From the NCBI GenBank assembly GCA_964406495.1, contig CAYOSB010000001.1, positions 716 to 64,715 on the forward strand: a DNA stretch of 64,000 nucleotides. The letters are read 5' to 3'. The DNA comes from an uncultured Bacteroidaceae bacterium. Lineage in GTDB: Bacteria; Bacteroidota; Bacteroidia; Bacteroidales; GCA-2748055. Positions 61,320 through 64,000 of this stretch are shown one piece after another; position 1 is the stretch's first letter; the number at the start of each line of letters is the position of its first letter. The notes beneath the pieces are model-generated. The model was not told the origin of the DNA. It worked only from the letters and a program-made list of their open reading frames with translations, and did no database searches. The position numbers and the translations under genes were made by a program.

Positions 61320-62804
61320 TCAAAAAGGACCACCAGCTGTGACCGTATCAGCTCCCAGTGCAGCACCCGGCATCTCGCCGCGAATTCCGTGCTGGTCTGT
61401 TTTAATGTAGGCATCGGCCTTCCTGAGGTACCAGTCCCTGGTAAGTTGTTCCGGTTCAGTATCTGCGGTTGCTGACTGCCACTCATCCAGTAATCTGCGC
61501 ATGTGTGCCAGGACCTCCCTGACCTCCGGCTCACCTGCAAGATTCCGCAGCTGATCCGGATCTTCGGACACCAGGTATAGTTCTTCCGCAGGACGCGGGA
61601 CAAGCAACACGTCCATCATGGATGTATCAACACTGCCGGCTGAATCAAGGTAATGCACGATATCCTGCATTGAGGGTGAAATCACTGCATCCGCTGGTCC
61701 CTGGTTGGCAAGTTGCGGCCGGCCATTGTAGATATACATATAATCCTCTGTCCTGACCATCCGTTCATAGGCTTCATAATCGTGCCAGTTGTGCTCTGCA
61801 AAAAGCACATTCCTGAACGTATCCTGCGCCTCTTCGTCCCTGATCAGGTGCTTGAAGCTTCTGCCCTGGAAGTAAGGGTCGGGCTCCCGTCCTGCCAGGT
61901 CGATAAGTGTAGGCGCCAGGTCGATGATGCTTACCAGGGCATCAATCTCCGAGCCATGCCGGGCGATGCCCTGCGGCCACCAGAAGATAAACGGGGTCTT
62001 CATCCCGGCATCGTTTACACGGGTTTTCGCACGCGGAAAAGGTCTCCCGTTATCCGAGCAGACGATGATCACGGTATTCGGCGCCTCACCCTGTCGAATG
62101 ATCTCCCGGTGGACCTCACCTACATACCAATCGAATCTTGCGATTTCGTTGTAATAGGAAGCCAGATCCTGTCGTGTTCCAGGCAAATCCGCCAGTCCCG
62201 CGGGGACTTCAAGTAGTGCCGGATCATGAGGATTTGCAAGGGTATCTGCCGACCAGTCACGATGCGCATCGGTCGAAGCGAGCCAGAGAAAGAATGGACG
62301 GCCTTTGGGACGCTCCCTGAGCATGTTCAACCAGTGTTGTTCTCCCCCGGGCCCGATATCGGTGATGGCCAGTGTATCGAATGCCCGCTTTGCTGCTTCC
62401 CCCATGTGCCATTTCCCCGATGCAGCAGTGTAATAACCGGCCTTTTGCAGTTCCCCGGGAAAGATGGGCAGGTGACCCGGCAGCGGGGTATGCAATTCAG
62501 CAGCCCCGGTATTGTGGGGATACCTTCCTGAAATAATGCTCGTCCGGCTGGGACTGCAACTGCTGGCAGTAAGATATACATTGTTAAATTTCAGGCCCTC
62601 GCGCGCCAGGCGGTTGATATAGGGCGTCCTGACCTGTTCATTCCCGTAACAGCCAAGATCGTTCCAGCTTATGTCATCCGCAATGATGAACACAATATTG
62701 GGAGGACCCTTGGGTTCGTTTTTGCATGAAGTGAAAAGGAATATCAGGATAAGGGGAAGAACATTCAAACGGTATCTCATATGCAAATTTTTAAACATTA
62801 ACAT
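61320..62804 (-). CDS. Family S1 formylglycine-dependent sulfatase (lipoprotein)
   Basis: PNIVFIIADDISWNDLGCYGN plus the CSPSRTSIISGRYPHNTG (C-x-P-x-R) signature. Lipoprotein signal LILIFLFTSCKNE. The start could also be 62798 or 62780. Confidence 0.88.
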   Translation of the reverse strand: MLMFKNLHMRYRLNVLPLILIFLFTSCKNEPKGPPNIVFIIADDISWNDLGCYGNEQVRTPYINRLAREGLKFNNVYLTASSCSPSRTSIISGRYPHNTGAAELHTPLPGHLPIFPGELQKAGYYTAASGKWHMGEAAKRAFDTLAITDIGPGGEQHWLNMLRERPKGRPFFLWLASTDAHRDWSADTLANPHDPALLEVPAGLADLPGTRQDLASYYNEIARFDWYVGEVHREIIRQGEAPNTVIIVCSDNGRPFPRAKTRVNDAGMKTPFIFWWPQGIARHGSEIDALVSIIDLAPTLIDLAGREPDPYFQGRSFKHLIRDEEAQDTFRNVLFAEHNWHDYEAYERMVRTEDYMYIYNGRPQLANQGPADAVISPSMQDIVHYLDSAGSVDTSMMDVLLVPRPAEELYLVSEDPDQLRNLAGEPEVREVLAHMRRLLDEWQSATADTEPEQLTRDWYLRKADAYIKTDQHGIRGEMPGAALGADTVTAGGPF

Positions 62805-62832
62805 CTGCAGGAATATATTCTGCAGGAATATA
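62805..62832 (-). repeat. 13-bp direct repeat CTGCAGGAATATA x2 in the sulfatase leader
   Basis: Copies at 62805-62817 and 62820-62832, directly abutting the ATG at 62804. On the minus strand they read TATATTCCTGCAG x2. Confidence 0.7.
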
Positions 62833-62840
62833 CAAATTTA
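62833..62840 (-). promoter_or_regulatory. -7 promoter box TAAATTTG
   Basis: Plus-strand CAAATTTA, 29 nt upstream of the sulfatase ATG at 62804. Confidence 0.45.
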
Positions 62841-62880
62841 TCGACGAACGGCTTACAGGTTCGTTTTCCCAATACCCTGA

Positions 62881-63070
62881 TCTCCTGGTCCCGCAGACCC
62901 CACTCTCCAAATCTCCTTGTCTCCTTGTCTCCCACTCCTGCACTCAATCCCACACGCATTTTCAACCTCACAAGCTCTCGCACGTTCATGCTCCACACTC
63001 ACTCCCACTCGGCAATTCTCCCCATCTCCTTGTCTCCCTCTCTCCCACTCTCACTCTCACTCTCCCCTAT
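62881..63070. repeat. About 190-bp polypyrimidine(+)/polypurine(-) low-complexity tract with internal repeats
   Basis: ATCTCCTTGTCTCC occurs at 62911-62924 and 63024-63037; CCCACTC occurs three times. CTCACTCTCACTC near 63047-63059 is a perfect mirror repeat. There are very few purines on the plus strand. Confidence 0.7.
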
Positions 63071-64000
63071 CCCAGGTCCCTCACCACAAGCTGAATATTC
63101 TGTACTCCCCGTTGCTCCAACAGCAGCGTTTTGTTGATCATTACCCGCTGGATGGTTTCGTCATCGAAATAGCGGATGGTCACAAGTTCCAGGCCGGTTT
63201 CATACGACACCTTGAAATGTTCCTCCAATTCATCCACCACCTGGCGCACCTTGCGCTTGTCATTGTTCACGATCACCTGGAAACTCACTGCCGAGGTCTG
63301 CTGCAGGTTGATCTTCAGTCCGAACTTATGCAGGATTCCATAGATGCGCTCCAGGTTGTCCTCAGCAATGAACGAGAAATCATGGGGAGAGATCCGGATC
63401 AGCACCTGGTCCATCTTGAATATAAAGGAGGGCACCAGTTTTTCATACGCCAGGTTGGCCACCAATGTTCCCGGGGCATCGGGTTCGACAAATGATTTCA
63501 CATACAGATTTATATTCTTATTCTGAAGAGGTTTAATGGTCTTGGGATGGATGACACTGGTTCCGTAATAGGCCAGTTCAATGGCATCCAGGTAGGAGAG
63601 TTTATCCAACAGGATGGTATCATCAAAATATTTCGGATCTGCATTCAATACACCCGGCACATCTTTCCAGATGGTGACCGAATCCGCTTTAAGCATGTGC
63701 GCAAGGATTGCAGCGGTATAATCCGACCCTTCCCTGCCAAGAGAAACGGTATGGTTGTTCTTGTTGGATGCCAAAAAGCCCTGTGTAACCAGGAAATTCT
63801 CGCCGTTGAATACAAAATTCTTTCTTACAAGACCAGTGGAAATCTCCCAGTCAATGCGTCCCTCCCTGAAGGTATTGTCGGTCTTCAGCGATTTTCTGAC
63901 ATCTATCCATTTAGCTTTCAGACCGGCTTTGTTCAGGTAATGTGTAATGGTCTTCGTACTCAGGATTTCCCCGAATCCAATGATCTGGTCATAGTCAAAA
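63067..64000 (-). CDS. lysC: Aspartate kinase, C-terminal portion (partial; continues past the right edge)
   Basis: SLGREGSDYTAAILAHML kinase-core motif followed by two ACT-like regulatory repeats. My manual translation upstream of the track Met (63774) stays open to position 63999 (FDYDQIIGFGEILSTKTITHYLNKAGLKAKWIDV...). Confidence 0.8.
   Translation of the reverse strand, partial: FDYDQIIGFGEILSTKTITHYLNKAGLKAKWIDVRKSLKTDNTFREGRIDWEISTGLVRKNFVFNGENFLVTQGFLASNKNNHTVSLGREGSDYTAAILAHMLKADSVTIWKDVPGVLNADPKYFDDTILLDKLSYLDAIELAYYGTSVIHPKTIKPLQNKNINLYVKSFVEPDAPGTLVANLAYEKLVPSFIFKMDQVLIRISPHDFSFIAEDNLERIYGILHKFGLKINLQQTSAVSFQVIVNNDKRKVRQVVDELEEHFKVSYETGLELVTIRYFDDETIQRVMINKTLLLEQRGVQNIQLVVRDLG

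Noticed and set aside
62917-63495. 192-aa plus-strand ORF (Ser/Pro/Leu/His-rich) across the polypyrimidine tract and into lysC
   Set aside because: The first half is a translation of CT-rich low-complexity DNA, and the second half is antisense to the aspartate kinase ACT region.
1-64000. Scan for tRNA, rRNA, integrase/transposase, toxin-antitoxin, restriction or other defence genes
   Set aside because: No T-loop/acceptor-like tRNA pattern, no rRNA-like conserved stretches and no recombinase or defence-protein motifs were seen in any long ORF. The window appears to be metabolic and accessory (carbohydrate use), not a mobile or defence island.

Overview
Bacteroidota-type chromosomal segment. 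This call rests on TAnnTTTG -7 promoter boxes, two SusC/SusD pairs and six proteins ending in T9SS C-terminal sorting domains. About 51 kb (3.8-55.2 kb) reads as one beta-glucan (laminarin-type) utilisation island built from two polysaccharide utilisation loci (PULs). PUL-A is on the minus strand (20782 down to 3833). It encodes a transmembrane Y_Y_Y/LuxR one-component regulator, GH30, GH5 with two CBM6-like modules, SusC, SusD, two surface lipoproteins and a 3x[CBM-like+PKD] T9SS protein. PUL-B is on the plus strand (26798 to 55243). It encodes a second Y_Y_Y/LuxR regulator, SusC, SusD, two glycan-binding lipoproteins, GH16 and a sugar-porter MFS. It continues with a clan GH-A hydrolase and a leaderless 1156-aa protein with GH94-clan phosphorylase-like motifs (GH149/GH161-type candidate). 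It ends with a GPH symporter, GH17, a second GPH symporter, a second clan GH-A hydrolase and a 1469-aa GH81 multidomain T9SS enzyme. Between the PULs lie a T9SS CotH kinase-fold protein and a 1001-aa T9SS multi-module binding protein that shares a module cassette with a PUL-B lipoprotein. The left flank holds a small membrane protein and a cupredoxin(T9SS)/DUF5777-like barrel/YceI cluster. The right flank holds an esterase, a CBM9-like/beta-barrel protein, an FtsX-type permease, a sulfatase and a partial aspartate kinase. I recognised no rRNA, tRNA, CRISPR array, transposase or integrase. The most checkable new signals are short tandem 10-11 bp repeats in the promoter regions next to each regulator (candidate operators), the phosphorylase/three-MFS import module, and the inverted duplicated binding-module cassette. 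All family names come from motif reading and memory; no database search was run.
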